Shown piece after piece: positions 61,223 through 64,000 of a stretch of DNA of 64,000 nucleotides. Each line of letters starts with the position of its first letter. The stretch's first letter is position 1. This DNA is from Haliotis rufescens (Eukaryota), in the NCBI RefSeq assembly GCF_023055435.1, contig NW_025963791.1:22692001-22756000 (forward strand), read 5' to 3'. A program made the position numbers and the translations under genes. The notes under the pieces were generated by a model. That model saw only the letters and a list, made by a program, of their open reading frames with translations, was not told where the DNA came from and searched no databases.

Positions 61223-62084
61223 AAGAAGTGCAGCTATGCATACTTATGAACAGAATTTCACATCGCACCTGAACTGCCTCATCACACAGATTTGTCAGGT
61301 AACGTGTCAAGATGTGGCAACTCATGTTACACTAGTGTTTTGTAATACCACAAATCAGCATGTCGGAATGCACCATGATGTTATTTAGTCCTCACCCATA
61401 TAAGAGACAAGACAAATAAACAAATCACACTTCTACAACGAAGACTCAATAATCAGACTTTCCTTTGGCTAATTGGGTTGGTACACAGTTCTCTTCGCCA
61501 TTTCAACATGTGAAATGTCTATCTATTCCACATTTCAATCACTCAAATTCCCTGTCTTCAGCAAGCTGTATTTTCTTGATACACCCCAAACGAACACGTT
61601 TACAAGGAGACGTCGGCGAAATTAGGGTACTTAAAAATCAGAGATGGAACATGTAAAGGATTAAACTGTTTTCGAGTCAATCTTCATCAAATACATTGCC
61701 GACATCTTTCTCGAAATGGCGACAAAATTAGCCTGAGTGGCAAGCTCGAGTTTTTGCCTTGTATCTGCGCATGGAATAGAATTAGGGTAATACGCCGAGA
61801 AGATGAAGCACATGAGAAGATAATTACACAGGAGCCTCCACCTGTTAATTACATCATTATATACAGGAATGATCCTCGCAGATGAAGAGTTTCATATTCA
61901 TTTCATCATATCTGCTCGCCATGCTCGGATAGCCCACAGAATGACGGCCTACCAGACTGTAGGCTGCAGAGGTCGCCGTGACATGCCATCAGAATACATG
62001 AGGGCGGCACCACCCAATGTGGGAGTCTTATCCAAGAAGTCATTAGGAGCACTTGAAATGATATTCCATGACTGTTTTATTTTG

Positions 62085-62880
62085 AGTGAAGGGTGGGGCG
62101 TGGCAGTGTGTGACGTGTGGGTGTTGGTGAGGGTGAGGGATGGGCGTGGCAGTGTGTGGGGGTGAGGGTTGGGCGTGGTGGTGTGTGGGGGTGAGGGTGG
62201 GGCGTGGCGGTGTGTGACGTGTGGGTGTTGGTGAGGGTTGGGCGTGGCAGTGTGTGGGGGTGATGGTGAGGGTTGGGCGTGGCGGTGTGTGACGTGGGGG
62301 TGTTGGTGAGGGTTGGGCGTGGCAGTGTGTGGGGGTGAGGGTTGGGCGTGGCGGTGTGTGGGGGTGAGGGTTGGGCGTGGCGGTGTGTGGGGGTGAGGGT
62401 GGGGCGTGGCGGTGTGTGACGTGTGGGTGTTGGTGAGGGTTGGGCGTGGCAGTGTGTGGGGGTGTTGGTGAGGGTTGGGCGTGGTGGTGTGTGGGGGTGA
62501 GGGTGAGGGTTGGGCGTAGCGGGGTTTGATGTTGGGGTGTTGGTGAGGGTGAGGGATGGGCGTGGCAGTGTGTGGGGGTGGGGCGTGGCGGTGTGTGACG
62601 TGGGGGTGTTGGTGAGGGTGAGGGTTGGGCGTGGCAGTGTGTGGGGGTGAGGGTTGGGCGTGGCGGAGTTTGATGTTGGGGTGTTGGTGAGGGTGAAGCT
62701 TGGGGTTGGCGGTGTGTTATGTGGGGTTGAGGGTTGGGCGTGGCGGTGTATGTGTGATGTTGGGGTGTTGGTGAGGGTGAGGCTTGGGGTTGGCGGTGTG
62801 TAATTGGGGTTGAGGGTGAGGGTTGGGCGTGGCGGTGTGCGATGTGGAGGATGAGGTTGAGGTGGGGGTGTGATGCGTGA
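62085..62880 (+). repeat. G-rich minisatellite
   Basis: GGGGGTGAGGGTTGGGCGTGGCGGTGTGT variants in tandem. Confidence 0.95.
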
Positions 62881-64000
62881 GACAGAGGAGAAGGGTGTGG
62901 TCAGTAGCTATATAGATACCGTGAAAAGGTTAAATCAAAATCAGCTAAACAGAACACCGATGTAGGCTACTGATGATATACCACCTCAGGGACATAAGTT
63001 GAGTGACTACACTACGTTTGGCAAAGTTTCAAATCCATACTGTTCGACAGACATTACCACTGGGGAAACGAATACTTCTACATACCATGGTAATCACCTC
63101 ATGCTACTGCCAATTGTCATATCTATACTACTCAAAAGATGTAAAAGAACACACGATTCCTTCAAATTACAATTTTTAATTTGTCATGGTATCTTTAACT
63201 TCCTTTGAGTAGTATATATACAACCATGCATCCCTAAGAGCATCAACTGAATGATATTATTTGAACAGAGTACTTACTATCGCATAACAAGGACGTTTTT
63301 TATATACTGTTCACAAGAGACCTACATCAAAATTTATTATTGTCATACATACCCCAAAGAAAATTGCTGAAAGCTGGTATAAAAATGCACCTTGATAGAC
63401 ATCTTATACTTTTTTCAACCTTTCAATTAATGTCCACTTTAAAAGATCCCAACCACGCCCGTTTCACATAATAACACCGGACTAATAAAAAGTACAGTTT
63501 GATCTCGTGTTAGTCAGGATACGCCCTTGCTTAATGCATAAATCGTCCCGTCTAAATACCCTACTGGGCCAGGAGACAGACAATAGTCTACCCCACTGCT
63601 ACCCAAAACAAACACAACCTCATTGTATATTACCACAACGCAAACACACGAAGAACGTGTCCTTTTAAACAGGCTGTACTACACCCATACAACTGCACGG
63701 AGCGGCTTTCATTAAAACTATTATCAGATATAAATGGACAAAGATAGGCATCGCTTCACATTCAAGAAATTCTAAGACATGTTCTCCGCCTGTTTGTTAT
63801 TTTGGAAGCTCTGTGGCCTTAAAAGGAATAACTCATGTCTAAAACATGAAAAACAGTGACACAGCATATCACCTTGAGTTACTCCACGCTGACCCATTTT
63901 CACATGGGTCATTTCTCTCAGGAATATGTGTGTGGTGGCACGGTAAACGTTGTACGCAGAAATTGTAAGTGATAAAAAAATATGAATATATGTATGTATA

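Overview
AT-rich, repeat-dense animal genomic DNA, most likely a gastropod mollusc such as abalone (inferred only from the style of the SINE families, not verified). Three spliced genes can be reconstructed by hand. (1) The last coding exon of a TK1-type thymidine kinase (+, 8713-8811), which the ORF track misses. (2) A complete 4-exon, 341-aa class A GPCR (+, 16562-34925) with an almost absent N-terminus and non-canonical ERR and NVVLY motifs. (3) Seven 3' exons of a FAM20C Golgi casein kinase (-, 59697 to 43396), whose 5' exon(s) lie beyond the window. The rest is mobile and repetitive DNA: four SINE-like families (A-D), a decayed I-group LINE with RNase H carrying nested insertions, Tc1/mariner/pogo remnants, MITEs and several minisatellites. 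No previously undescribed system can be proven from sequence alone. The best candidates are the SINE family B, which has no tRNA head but has a precise, structured 5' end; the atypical orphan GPCR; and inverted SINE pairs that could circularise an in-frame FAM20C exon block.
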